Of a stretch of 64,000 nucleotides of DNA, positions 23,191 to 35,806 are shown piece by piece. The notes beneath the pieces are model-generated. The model was given only the letters and a program-made list of their open reading frames with translations, made no database searches and had not been told where the DNA came from. Each line of letters starts with the position of its first letter. Position 1 is the stretch's first letter. The DNA lies in contig OZ038379.1 in assembly GCA_964036045.1 (NCBI GenBank), forward strand, positions 35,278,001 to 35,342,000, written 5' to 3'. Both the position numbers and the translations under genes were made by a program. Origin of the DNA: Eutreptiella sp. 'Long Island Sound 2002'. Taxonomy: Eukaryota > Protista > Euglenida.

Positions 23191-25309
23191 TGGTCTGAGA
23201 CGTGCCACTCGCGTCCCACATGGCCCCGGAGGTTCGATCGGAATCAGCAAAGTGCCATGCACCACCCAGTAGTACCCGCCGCTGTCATACCCGGAACTCA
23301 GTAAGAAACAGCTGCTTCCAGTGCACAACTCAGTAGGTCCCAGCTCTTTGTGATCACCTCTGAGCTAGCGGATGCTGGTGGCAAGTCTCAATAGTGCAGG
23401 GCTGCAACGGGCTGCAACAGGGGCTTGGGCCAGCGGCGGCTGAAGCGATGTGGACAACAGACAATGCCAGACGGCGGTCGTTTGTGAACCGGGGCCCCCT
23501 CCCTGCGGTGCTGCATTGAGAGACCGCTGCATTGCAGCGGCGGAGTGAATGGTGCGCTTTTGGGAGTGGCATGTCTGTGATTCGTGCCCCCACTCCGCCT
23601 TGAGACTCAGCTGTGCGTTCGCTTGTGGAGGGGCGTTGCTAGGGCAAAGCAGCCACCCCCATGCGGCACAGAAGGCACACTGTACGTACGAAGCCTCAGG
23701 CAGACTTCCCCTGTTTACCGGAGCCGTCCGACAGGAGCTGACTGAAACCGAGTGGCTTGCAGGCACACAGGTGTCATGCAGTTGCATTGCATGACTCTGG
23801 TTGAGTGGGAGGCAAATGCCGATACCTCCGCACAGATCCACGCACACCACCACTGGCACCAGCACAGAGCAGTTTGAGGATGGCGTTCCATAACGCGGGA
23901 ACCGCGTCGTACCACCGGCGCCCAGTGCCCTGTCGGACGTGTGCCCTGCTTTTGCTGATAAAGATCACTTGTTGTGTGTTGGGGGGGGGGATGGCAATTG
24001 GAGGGGGGCACACCCATGTGGGGAGTCCCAGATTGGTGTACGAACTATCGCCAACGGGTCGCATCGGGGGGGTCAACCCGCCGGTGCGATGGCTGAACCG
24101 CATGGCACACTGTTGCTTCCCTGTGTGCCACGCAGAGTGCCCTTGTGGTGTCTTGTGTGGGGCTTGACTCCCTGAAGGTCAGGGCTGATGGGAGCGCCCC
24201 CCTTCACGTGCTCCTCGTGTCCTTTGCCGGGCTCTGCCACGCCCCCCGCCCCCCCCGGTTAAAGAAAGAACCGAATCGTGTGTGCCAGAAGGTCAACAAC
24301 AGTGCGCTTTGTTCTCACTTTGTGCAAATCAGGCTGGGGAAGCGGGGTTTTGAGGTTGCGTGGGTGAATGTTACAGTTGTTGGAAGTTCCATGTAGCAGC
24401 ATCATTTTTGGAATAAGACTGGCATTTTCTGCAACAGCCTGCCAACATTGACAGCATCTGATCGCCAATCGGTCCATTGGAGCGGACATGTATATGAACC
24501 CTTAGCGTTGGCACAAAGGTGCAGGGTCATCTCTCAGTGTGTGTGACGGAAGCATTATTGTATGACAATATCTGCGCCATAGTGCAACCCATGTCTGCAT
24601 CAGCTTGGACCCGGTGGCGAAGTACCTGGGTGTCCTGCGTCCATGGGAATTCCCGACTGGTTGTTGTTTCCCCTGATCTCCTGCGTTTGTGCACTGGGGG
24701 CTGGGGCGGCAGAGGGCACACAAGCCACCTCAAGAGGAGGCAGGACTGCATGCACTGTGCGCACGCAGTGCACACCCCCCCCCCCTTGGGGCACTGCACT
24801 GCTCCCGATTCCATTGCTGAACACTAGTTTTCACCCGCATTGGTGTGCAGCCTCAGCAATTTTTCACAACCGATTTGTTGAACTGATTTAGGGCGGTTTC
24901 TTGGCCGAACAGGGGGTGGTTTATTCACATTCCTGCCGTCACTGCGCCCTGTGCAGGCCACGTGCCCCAAGGCAATAAGCAGACACAATGGTCAAGTCTG
25001 GTCCATGGAAACACGACCCTCAATGACTTCATGCAGACCGCAGGGGAGTAAATACAACACCAGCAGCAGGCTTCAATTCCGAGCAAAGTGAGAAGCCGTT
25101 CACACTCACCCACAAAACTGCACTCCCCCCAGGGGTGATTCACGACGAAATACCTCAAGGAGGAGTGGGGTCGCTGTCGCATGGTGATGTCGGCCTCTTT
25201 GGTGGCCAAGAAACCCATGGCATAGTCGTGGGTTCAAGTCAAGTCATGCTGTGAACTTGCTTAGATGCGGCGTCGCCCACAAGGCACCAACCACACACCT
25301 ACCTGCACT

Positions 25310-25486
25310 CACACCTCGAAGGGCGCCCAAGGGGAGTACAAGGAGTACAAGAGCTAACTGCGGATGGTCTCACACTTCAAAGGGTGTTCAAGGGGAGTAC
25401 AAGGAGAGTACAACAGCTAACTATGGATGGTCTCATACCTCGAAGGGTGATCACGGAGCGTAGAACATCTAACTGCGGATGGTCTC
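25310..25486. repeat. Degenerate tandem repeat of about 60 bp, 3 copies
   Basis: Three units start CA(C/T)AC(C/T)TC(G/A)AAGGG and end CTAACT(GC/AT)GGATGGTCT. Confidence 0.8.
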
Positions 25487-25962
25487 AGGAGATGCAGAGA
25501 TATTGCTTCCATGATCGCCGTTTGAGCCTGAGGAACCCCAACATTCTTGGTTTGCCTGTTTAAGATAGTGTTTTTTCGTGACGCCATACCCCAATTTTAG
25601 CCATTCCTCCCCCTTGATAAGCCTAAATACCACATCCCAACCATCCAAAAACTTTCTCAGACATTTTTTTTTCCAATTCTCCATCCCAACGGAAGGGGTC
25701 CCCCAGCCTCACCAAAAGCCACCCGGTGATGGGTGGTGGTGGGGGGGTTGTCTATTTATGCCATATATCTGTATATGTCTTCCCGAGACACCAGTCTCAG
25801 GCTGACAGTTTCAGTGCACTGACAGTTTCAGAACACCCTTATCATGTTGCCCTGTTGACTTGAATTGCTTTACTGCCATAGGCCCCACAATGCAAGCATG
25901 CCGTTTCACACAGGTATTGCGATGTGTTTAGGTTTTACATGTCATGAAAGCCCTGGGGGACT

Positions 25963-26586
25963 ATGATTCATTCTTCTGCTGCGCTCCCTGAGCCCTCGCA
26001 TGCACAACCCAATGCGCCGACAACTGAGTCTGAGCTGAGTGTGGCAGGCCTTAGTGGCCTTGATCTGAGTCGTGCGGTTGGGGATTTGAAATATGAAGAG
26101 TTGGCGGACATTCTGTTGGAAAGGACGAAGTACTACGGAAGGCTTGATCCTTTGGAGTGGGACATTTTAGTGCGGGTGTTTGACGAGGCGTTGGTGCGGG
26201 GCGATCCGTATGGCATCGGGTTGTTTTTGGAGGTGGTTGGCGAGGGAGTACCAGACGACGACCTGTTCAGGGTCACAGAACATCAGGTCTTCCTTTTTGA
26301 AAGTGCTCTTTGGGTGTGGGTTTTGGATTCGCAGCTTGGGTCATACAAACTGCTCAGTTCACCGGAGGATTTGTCTTGCTTCTGCCCTGAATGGACCGCA
26401 TCTGACCTACAGCCCGACGGACTGACCTTTTGTCTTGCCAATCATGCGTTTTGGAAGAAATTCGAACCCAAGGGGCATGTTCACGGCATTGTTCCCTGCT
26501 TTTACACGCCTGAGTTGTTGTGGCTCTGTTGTGTTTGGATAGGGCGGTGGATCCCTCATTTGAATGGGGTTATGCAGTTTTCGTGA
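25963..26586 (+). CDS. Hypothetical protein, probable exon or exons
   Basis: 207-aa open frame with ordinary globular composition (YEELADILLERTKYYGRLDPLEWDILVRVFDEAL). Splice boundaries are unresolved. Confidence 0.45.
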   Translation: MIHSSAALPEPSHAQPNAPTTESELSVAGLSGLDLSRAVGDLKYEELADILLERTKYYGRLDPLEWDILVRVFDEALVRGDPYGIGLFLEVVGEGVPDDDLFRVTEHQVFLFESALWVWVLDSQLGSYKLLSSPEDLSCFCPEWTASDLQPDGLTFCLANHAFWKKFEPKGHVHGIVPCFYTPELLWLCCVWIGRWIPHLNGVMQFS

Positions 26587-27217
26587 ACTTGTGGTTCGCC
26601 CTCTTGAAAGTGCCCCTTTTAGGCAGGCCCTGCATGGCCAGCCTCAGTTTACAATGCTTGTTTGAGACAGAGGCTTTTTGGTGACGATGTGAACAGATGG
26701 GTACATCGATAGAGAGATGCATTGAGTTGCAAGAAAAGGGGAAAGAGAAGGTATGGGAAGACTTGGGGTCGTGGAATTGAATCACGATTTGGGGGGGGGG
26801 GGGGGGGGCTGTGAGAAGTGTTCCGAAGTCTGAACAGGGTGCAACGGCCGTTGGTGTCCATCCGACTTTTGTGGTTGAGAGCGCGCCTGCGAGCGGGTTT
26901 ACCAAGCAACGGCTTCATAATGCCTTGTTGGATGTGATGATCCTTCAACTGACCTCTCTGCCTGCTGTTGTCCATCGCCCCCTGCATGAAGACCACCATT
27001 CGGCGTGTTGGCACGCCACACCTGTGCTACCTGCTCCATGTTGTTGGCAATGTTGCACTGTGAGGTCATTTACTGCTCTTGTAGTCTGCCGAGTGGCCGC
27101 CTGTTACCATGTACCACATGAGCCAAGCCCATGAATATGCTTTCCTTTCCTCACCTCCTTCATGTCCTCATGCCCACACCACCACCTTCACATCCGCGTG
27201 TGGCACTCTCATGTCAG

Positions 27218-27376
27218 GAGGCAGTGTTGGGCAAAGGCATCCCCAACATCCCCACTGTGCAGCAAGTGCTGCTGCAGCCCAAAGTCCAGAAGTTTCTTGA
27301 CAAGTTGTCTTTGGTCCGTGAGGCTGCAGTGTCGGGAATTGACGTCCCGGAGGACGTCATCGTTCTCTTGGAAAAG
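27218..27376 (+). CDS. Internal exon of a hypothetical multi-exon gene (53 aa)
   Basis: atgtcag|GAG...GAA AAG|gtgtgg, phase 0-0, open (EAVLGKGIPN...VIVLLEK). Confidence 0.6.
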
Positions 27377-28031
27377 GTGTGGAGCTGAAACCACAGTCTG
27401 AAACCGTGTTCAATGGTGCACGAGAGGGCGTGGTCCGTGTCGCCTGGCCCGACTTTTGGGTCGGTACGCATCGGAAACAGGTCCCTGCGGACGTGTTGAG
27501 GCATGTGTCCATGTCTTTGGGAGATGCATCCGCATCATGTTCCTCGTGTTGTCCGTGCATTTGGCGTGCGTGTGTCAGTATGCCCCCAGGCCCTGTGCCA
27601 CCCCTCCTCCCTACACCATTTCGCACAGGGCCTGGTGGCCTGATGGGACACAAGGGGTGCTGCACAGGGCCCATGAGCAGGGCAGGACACGCCTCCCAAT
27701 GGTCGTGCACGACGTACGGCATGCGACGTAGGGCTCGGGCGCTGGGAACAGAAGGGCGCGGGGCCGGGGCATGGCATGTGGGTGCGCTTAGAGGGCGTGG
27801 CGTCTCGCTTGTGGTCCCCCATGCCTCTGCCTACTCCCTTACCCCCCCCTGTGCCCCTGTGTTTTGATCTTCTCTGCTACCCCTTCGCCTCAGGTACCCC
27901 TTTTGTCTGCTGCTTCTTCACTGCCGTTGCTGATCTTTCACTGCCTTCCATTCCCCTCTCTTCTCTCTCGTATCCGCAGCCTGTGAGGCACGCACAGTGA
28001 GCTGCACTCTTTGCCCATTTTTGCTGAACAG

Positions 28032-28124
28032 GTGCCCACAGGGTCGTCGGAGATTCTGACCCGGGTGGCGTTGCTGGCCAAGCGCCCGACCACTCTGCAC
28101 GTCCTGCAGCAGCACAAGTGGGAG
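28032..28124 (+). CDS. Next internal exon (31 aa)
   Basis: tttttgctgaacag|GTG CCC...TGG GAG|gtctgt, phase 0-0, compatible with the previous exon. Confidence 0.55.
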
Positions 28125-29804
28125 GTCTGTCCGTCGCACCGTTGTTCCGTGTGCCTTTGCTCCAACCCCTTCAGAACCTGGGGACCTGCCCCCGGGGTGT
28201 CCCATCAACGGCTGGCTGCCCCAACCTGCCCCCAATGTCTGGAGATGCCTCAGACCTCCCGGGGTGTGAGGACACGTGTTACGGCGGTTACACCGATGAA
28301 CAACCGACGGCATTGGCGGATAACAGCCGCCGATTGGTGGTAACTAATACCGGGGAAACGCCAATATTTTGCCAAAATATTTAATTCCAGAGTGTTTTTT
28401 TCTGATCGCAAAAAAAACAAGAAACGCAAATTTTTTAAATAATTCTGCCGTTCGGGACACAGGAATTCGCAAAAAAATAGGTTAATTAAATAAATAACCC
28501 GGAGAGTGTAGGTTTTGTACTGTTTGTAAACAATTGTACAGTTATGATGCAAGTCCATGGCTCTACAACTGGCTTTTTTTTTTGGCAAACAATGTTCGGT
28601 GTCACAACTGATTGTCCTCAGGAGGCCAGCCCATCATACAATGGTCACCCACAGCCCCAGGTTAGGGGTCAGGGGTCAGGCGCCTGCGGGTCTGCAGCTG
28701 TGGAACAATGCACTTTCGGTAGTGGGTGTACAAAGGCGGCATCTCCACGAGTATTCGCTCCTTCCGAGCACCCGGGGGTGAAGAGAAATAGAGGTACTGG
28801 GTGGGCTGGCAACTGCCGAGTACTAGGGCCAGTCATACACATAGCGGGTCGCTGGAGCGCGCCCCATCACTTCAGTCTCAGTGGGGCAGGCACCTGGCTT
28901 ACAATACATACATTAGGGGCTGAGGAACAGATAAGTGGATGCACTTGGTGCGGGTACCATGTACAGGGCCACTGGCTGAGCACTGGAGCCTTCCACGCAC
29001 TGCGCCAGGGTGCGAGTGTGCCGAGGCGTGTGTGTGTCCCATACGTGCTGTGTCATGACGTGTGGCTGCTATTTGTGCTAGCCGCGGCTCAGGGGGGGGG
29101 GGGGGGGCACAGATGACGGTACTCGGTAAAACTGCGGGCAGAGCATTTGGTCCGCTGGGTGCACTTCTCAACCGCCGGTGGTTCGGGGGGGGGGGGGGGG
29201 GCAGGGTGCAGTCTTCTGTCGCCGCCGAAGGGCAGGAGCACCAGTTTGCATCAAGGGACCACGGAGCACAGAAAGCATTGGAAGGAAAATCATCGGACAT
29301 GGGGCTGCAGTGTCTCCTGGATCTGTATGTAAAGGCCCTGCTGGCGTTCGCCACTTAGAGTGCACGCATCGGTAACGGGCCGTTCGGGTCGCCGTCAGTG
29401 ATGGCCGCTCCTGTGTACATGAAGGGGTAGAGGTGCAGGGGGAGACGATGGTATCCAGGGGAGTGGGAGGGAGAGCGATGGGTCAGTGCCAGTCTTCGGG
29501 ACGGAAGGGGCATGGCCGATTGGATGGGCGTGGCACAGTGTTCTCGAGCGAGGCATTGACAGCGTTCACCGCATTTTGGTGGAATTTACCCACTCCCACT
29601 CTGGCTGCACGCAGGCCACCATGATGCAGGGCGAGGTATCGGTACAGGGTGCGCGGTATAGCTAGGCGGCCGATGATCCGGAGGTCACGGCGGGTGGCGG
29701 TGGAGCGCCAATTTGCTAGCAAAGAGGGGGTCGGCCAAGCGGACAGCCAAGCTGCCACCAAGGGGTGTGTGGGTAGGCAATGTGCCAATACACCATGCAC
29801 GCTG

Positions 29805-31754
29805 TCATTGTGCCTGGCTCCACAGTGCGTGCAGGGCACACGGGAGGGCTCGTCGCGCCAATATGTGGCATAGTGGCTGAAGCCCTCCCTGGATTGCAAC
29901 CCAAACAGCCACTTGTGCCATGTGAGGCGGTGTCGCTTGAGAGGCCTCCACGAGACCGGGTGGAAGTGTTCGTGTAGGTGGGAGGGGATCAGGTCGTGTG
30001 TCCATACCTTGTGGGGGGGGGGGGGTGATTTCTCCTTGACAGATGACCTCCCACGGTGAGGTGCGGGTGGCTGGGGGAGGGGGCGGGAGCAGGGTGCCCA
30101 CTTTAGCGTAGTGGTGAGACATTTCATTGTACTGGTGTCCTACGTGTCCTTCCACCCATTCGAGGGATTGTCCTTTTTGTTGGAGTGAAGATCTCACTTG
30201 CCCGACCCAGTGGGCTTGGCGAAGCAGTGGCTTACTGCCCTGTGACGAGAGAATAGCACCCTGGCAGTCAAGACACAGTTTCTCCCTCTCCGCAGAAAAG
30301 TGCGATCCTAGAAGGATGCCAACCAGCTCTGCCTTGTAGGAGTTAGGCGCCCCGGGTACTCTGCAGACTGCGACTCGGCCATCGCGGAGGACAGCTGCCG
30401 CGCCAGAGGAGGGGGGGTCCCCCAGTTTGCTACCGTCGGTGTATACTGCCTCAGGGGCGTGTGTGGTGGGCAGGATGTAGACTTGTAGTCCAGCCACAGA
30501 GACTACTTCTTTAGCAGCGCGGACGGTCTGTTGGGCCTGCCAAACCACCGGCAACGGGGTAGGAGAGTCTCCACAAGGGGGGCCAAGCTTGTTGACTGCA
30601 GACCCGAACTGCTGATATGGTGCCAGGGGGTTTTTGGCGCGGACACTGAACTCCTCTAGCCTGTAGTTGCGGTGCAAAGAGCCTAGGACTCTGGTGGGGT
30701 GCAGGGTGGGGAAATGTGCGAGCCCCAATCCGTGTCGGCGATGCGTGTGCAACGTTTTGCGTGCCACGAGTGGTGGCAGTCCGGCAACCCCGAGTACAAA
30801 ACGTTGCAGGCAGTCATTGATGTCTGAAAGCTGGCAATTGCTCAACGGCAAGCATTCGGTGCGATAGAGCAGGCGGGGGCCGACCATGGTGTTGACGAGC
30901 AGGATGCGGTCAAGGGTCTGGATGGGGTGTGCATGCCGTTCCTGCAATTGCGCGCGCAATTCGTGCATTATGAGTCGGTAGGCGGCCTTGATGTCGAGAA
31001 ATGCCGGCAGGGGGTGCCCTAGATGCATGAGGTGGGAAACACCTGCAAAGCGATGCGACCGGTTGTTCGCCCACTCTGCTGGCACGGGGCTGGGTCGTGT
31101 CCGCCACGGCGATGATCCACAGGTCTGCACAGGCAGCGGTGGCATGAGGTATTGGGGTAGGGATGGGGGAGGGGGCGGGGGCCTCACTAGGGGGAGGGCT
31201 TCACTTTTTATAACATTGATTTGGCAACCGATCATGGAGAGGGCCTCCTGCACAGCATCCGCTACTTTCTGGCTGCAGATGGCACGTGCAGGCGCGGCTA
31301 TGTCGTCCACATAGGCCGAAAAAGTGATGCCTTGGGCAGTGAGGCGGCGGAGGGGGATGTCAAAAACAATCACAAACAAGAAACAGGATAGGGGGCACCC
31401 CTCTTTGACTCCATGTGTCGTCCCGAAGGGGGTTGATTGCGAACCTCGGATGTACGTGGTGCCATGTTCCAGTGCCTGTGTAATTAACTGCAGCAACCGG
31501 ACCGGGGTACCAAGACGTCCCGGCACCTGGCAGATCAGGGCTTTTGGTGGGCTGTCAAACGCATGGTAAACGTCAAACGCCAAGATACTCTCTATGTTGT
31601 CTAACTGGTCTAAGTCCTGAAGAAATGTTTGTGTGGCATGGGCCGGGGATGTGCCTTGTCCGCCAAACTGGCGGGGGTGTAGGAGGGGTGAAATGAGGGG
31701 GTAGAGGGTGCGGTAGACCCACCGCATGAGCAGTCTGTATATGGAGTTGCTCAT
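29805..31754 (-). CDS. RT plus RNase H portion of LINE ORF2 (649-aa open segment)
   Basis: ORF track 29805..31754 carries the RT core motifs followed by RNase H motifs. Confidence 0.9.
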   Translation of the reverse strand: MSNSIYRLLMRWVYRTLYPLISPLLHPRQFGGQGTSPAHATQTFLQDLDQLDNIESILAFDVYHAFDSPPKALICQVPGRLGTPVRLLQLITQALEHGTTYIRGSQSTPFGTTHGVKEGCPLSCFLFVIVFDIPLRRLTAQGITFSAYVDDIAAPARAICSQKVADAVQEALSMIGCQINVIKSEALPLVRPPPPPPSLPQYLMPPLPVQTCGSSPWRTRPSPVPAEWANNRSHRFAGVSHLMHLGHPLPAFLDIKAAYRLIMHELRAQLQERHAHPIQTLDRILLVNTMVGPRLLYRTECLPLSNCQLSDINDCLQRFVLGVAGLPPLVARKTLHTHRRHGLGLAHFPTLHPTRVLGSLHRNYRLEEFSVRAKNPLAPYQQFGSAVNKLGPPCGDSPTPLPVVWQAQQTVRAAKEVVSVAGLQVYILPTTHAPEAVYTDGSKLGDPPSSGAAAVLRDGRVAVCRVPGAPNSYKAELVGILLGSHFSAEREKLCLDCQGAILSSQGSKPLLRQAHWVGQVRSSLQQKGQSLEWVEGHVGHQYNEMSHHYAKVGTLLPPPPPATRTSPWEVICQGEITPPPPQGMDTRPDPLPPTRTLPPGLVEASQATPPHMAQVAVWVAIQGGLQPLCHILARRALPCALHALWSQAQ

Positions 31755-32989
31755 GGCGATCGGGCGCCAGCAGTCCGGGTCCCGCCAGGCTCCTTTGCCT
31801 TTGAAGAGGCATAGTGTCTCTGAGGTCAGCCAGGCATGCGGTATGTGTCCGTGTATGTAGCAGTGTGTTATGGCACGAGTGTACTATGGCAAACCCTCTA
31901 TCAGGAAGGATGGACAAGAGGTAGGGGGGAACCCCGTCAGGTCCAGGGGACTTTTTTCTGGCTGATTGGGCCAGGGTACGCAGATCAGACACTGGGGGGG
32001 GGGGGGGTTGCCTAACTGGGGGTGCTGGGGGATGATGTGGGCAGCGTTGGTGGACCATGGGGTGTTGCGTTGCAAAATGCGCTGGATTTTCCGGGACGGC
32101 ACAGGGAGGGAGGAATGCGCTAGGGGGGTGAGCAGTGTGTGTTTGATCCTGCGATAAAACATTTTTGATCGCCTTTTAGCTTGCTTCGCAAGCTGGCGCA
32201 CGAGGGAGGCCCAATCTGTAACGTCGTGTGGCTGATGCGGGGTGTCAGGCTTGGAGTCGTTGACGCGCTGCATCGCCTGGAGCATACGGTGTGTTAGTTG
32301 CTCATATGCATGCTCCGTATCCGAGATGGTGTCAGGACTCGGCAGGTCGGCACACAACTGGCTTATATGTCTCCGAACGGTCTGTACGTCACGTCTATTC
32401 CAGCGTGCACAGCGCGGTGGGGGTTGCTGCAGGGTTGTCCACGGGGTTGCGTGGATGACAACGGGGTCATGGTCCTGCGCTCCGTGTACCGCAGAAAAAT
32501 CCAGGACCGACGCATTGGTGGGTTTAAACAGGGCGCAAAAGACTCGTGAGCCGTAGGCTCGGTCAATGTAGCTTTTTGTTCCTCCGTATCTACGGACACG
32601 GGTGAACGGGACGGACTGGGAGTAGGGAAGTAATAGATCGGTGGCGGCCCCGGAACGTTCACGGGCATGAACAGTGGCAAGCCAGAAAAACAGGGATCGT
32701 GATGATGCTCATTGAAAGATTAGTAAGTACAGATATAGACAGCCATCTACGAATTGCAGCGTGCCAACCTACCACGTACGCCAGGACAAGGTCCCACCTG
32801 TCTGGGTAGTTTCCTATGGTATAGCACGAGAGGAGCATCGCACCCAGCGAATCGTAGTCTCTGGTAGACCATCGCGGCGCAGTGATGACATCCTGCAGGG
32901 GAACAGGGAATCTAGAGAGAGCAGTGGGGGGAAACACCGACATGGCTGCGCGTAGGGGTTCAGGGGAGTGTGGCAGGGGTGTGTGCGGT

Positions 32990-35806
32990 TCATGCGTCTC
33001 CTGGGGGAGGAAAAGACTGGTCCCCTGGTTCATCCCTAGCTCGTTTTTGAGACCCGTAGGCAGACATGTGGGCGTCACCCTCTCCCGCGGGAGGAGCCGA
33101 CGAGAGTGCAGTGGACGCGACCTTGTGAGAAGTCATGGGCGGGGTGAAGTCAGGAATATCAAATGGTGTGAGTGCTGTGGGGATGGTGGCCAGATTGGAC
33201 TCATTCAGGTCCGGAGAGGGGAGACTCGCCAAATCCAGGCTAGCTAGCCTTTGTTCAAGCGTGAGCGCTGCATCCCTGGCGGGAGTCCCTGGCGTGAGAT
33301 ACACGGGCCCAGGTAGCGTTGCTCCATACGCCGTTTCTGCAGAGGCATCGGCTTGGTATCGGATCAACAGGGTCCCGGCTTGTTGGAAAAGCTGATGGTT
33401 CTCCACGGGTCCAAAAATAGAGACTGACTTGAGGACGTCCTCAACAGCAAAGGACGGGGAGAAGCGCACTAGTGCATAGGGGGGTTGGACCGCCCGCACT
33501 ACATCCTTAGCCCTGATCCTCTGGTGGGAAGTCGCTGAAATCACGAGCAGATCCCCCATCCCCTCGAGTTCCTGGATAGCCGGTTGCATCAAAAGATCAT
33601 CTTTGATCATGCACAGTACGTCGTATTTATTAAGAAAAGTGATAAATTCAAATTTGCGACACAAGTGTGGGTGCATGTCTATGGCATCCCTAATTTCATT
33701 GGCCGGCATCTTTTTGCGGCGGGGCGCATTCGCACGGAACGGGGGTTGGTGTGTAACTATGATGCATGCATTCTTTACAGAGGAGTGCAACAAGGCTATG
33801 TTTATGTCAAAGTCCTGCAGGGCCGGTTGTTCTTCATAGAACCGGGCCATGACATCCATGGGGATGTGAAAATCAAAAATTTTAAAGCCATCGGGCGCTG
33901 CATTGACGGACACTGGCCAGTGGGCCTTGGTGATTCTGGGCGCCGTTAGATTTTTTAGGACGGTGGAGCTATCATCGGGCGACAACCCATTGATGAGCAA
34001 CATGAGACGGAGAGAGCCGTTTACCGTCCACTTGGTTTCCACTCCATCCACCTCCCTGGCTATTCTTGGGGAACGTCAATTCTAAGTTGGAACATGGTGG
34101 ACGTGGGGCAAAAAATCGCTTGCATGGTTCCATCAAACGAAACGTGTGGGTCGGGCGCTCTTGGGTAAAATTCCACAACACGGGGTTGGTGCTTTGCCGG
34201 AAGTTGTTGTGATGTGAGTTGGAAAATGATAAGCGGCATGTCATGGGGAGTGGTGGAGTCCTCAATCGTGAAGGTAGTTGCGTTCCTTGTAGCCAGGTGA
34301 ATGACCGGGCATATCACCGAGAGATGCAGGAAATTTAGCACGGGGATGAGGTCAATCCTTCTATCCAAAATGGTAGCTAGCTCCACGTCCGCAACATTTG
34401 TCCTTGATGAGTAGGCCATCCAAACATGCGTGTTTTTGTTTTGTTTTTTGGCCTCTCTTAGGACGTTCACAACCTGTTTGACCACCGTTTTGTGGGAGAG
34501 AAAAGGGCCATCATCTTAAAATCGTGCGAAAGAGGGAAGGATAATAAGAGACGTGGTGCCGATTAATTTCATCCAATCAAACCCAGGCATATCGGCCACG
34601 GATAGTGATCGGAGAAAACCAGGGTATGGCATGCCGTCTCCACTCAAAAGAATTTGCGGCACCGGCACTAGGGCACGAAGGAGGTCCCCGGGTGGCAAAG
34701 GAGAAGTGTCCAAATAGAGTGGTGGATCCGTGGCGATTTGGTCTACGTGGGAAAATCTATTTTGACCGCGCACTTGTATCTTTCCCCCTTGCACATCGGT
34801 AGTAACATCGCGGGGTTCCGGAAAGCCGTTGGGAAGGACACCTTCCGATTGGAATGCTCGGGCCACTTGTGTAGGGTTTTTTTGTAGTGCATCGGGTTGA
34901 CACTCATCTACGGGCGGCGGTGGGGGTGGTGAGGGCGGAGTGCTTGTTGCATGTGTGCCCGTGTATTTTTTGATGCCCGATTGAGCGGAAGCACTCGCGG
35001 AAGGAGTGTGGGAGCGTGGGGCGCTTGGTTTTTTGAGCGGAGTGGGTACAAATGCACTTCTCAATACCTCTTTGTTTGATGCATCATTATTCAATGAAGG
35101 TGGTTCGGCGGGTGAAGCATGCACATTGGACACCAATTCATCTCGAAATTAGACATCATCATCATCGTCTAAAGAAAGAGTGAGGTGAACGGAAACTTCA
35201 TCATACTCCCCTTCGGTTGGAGAAAGGTCTATGGCGGGAGGCCCTCAAACCGAAACCGTATTTGTGTCACACTCTTTTTTTTCCCTGCCTTTTTTTTCCC
35301 GTGCACTCGTGGACCCATGGTCACTCTTTTTTTCTCCATCGTCGCCTTTTTTTTCCTCGCTTTTTTTTTGTCTCACTTCCGTTGTCCTCACTAAGTAGGA
35401 CACTTTTTTCTCGGGCAAGATCAATTGCATTCTTGGGCCGCACCGGTTTAGGGGCTAGGAAACGTGGCATTCCCATGGAGAGTCGCAAGGCATCTCCATC
35501 ATGGCTCACCGCGCCGGCATGGGACAAAGGTGCTCTTGAAGAGGCAACTTCGGTCATGGCTCTCTTTTTTTTCTCATCGGCCTCAATCCGGGCAATATAC
35601 CCTGGCAGGTCAGAAGACATTGCAGTAGTTTTTTTCGTAGCCTTTGAGTTAGAGATGGCATTCTTGGGTGAGATGGAGCGGGTTGAGCGAAGGGCGCTTT
35701 TAGGAGAAATGGAGCGTCCGCTCTTGCGTTTCCCCGTTGGGGCGGCGGGGACCGAAGATGAGGAGCCTTGGGGCACAGACATGGAAGAATCGGGATTTGT
35801 ATTCAT
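32990..35806 (-). pseudogene. LINE ORF1 (about 930 codons in four pieces) with an RRM-like segment
   Basis: ORFs 35321..35806, 34516..35136, 34060..34485 and 32990..34051 are co-oriented upstream of the APE. ALVRFSPSFAVEDVLKSVSIFGPVE...GTLLIRY resembles an RRM. Confidence 0.6.
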
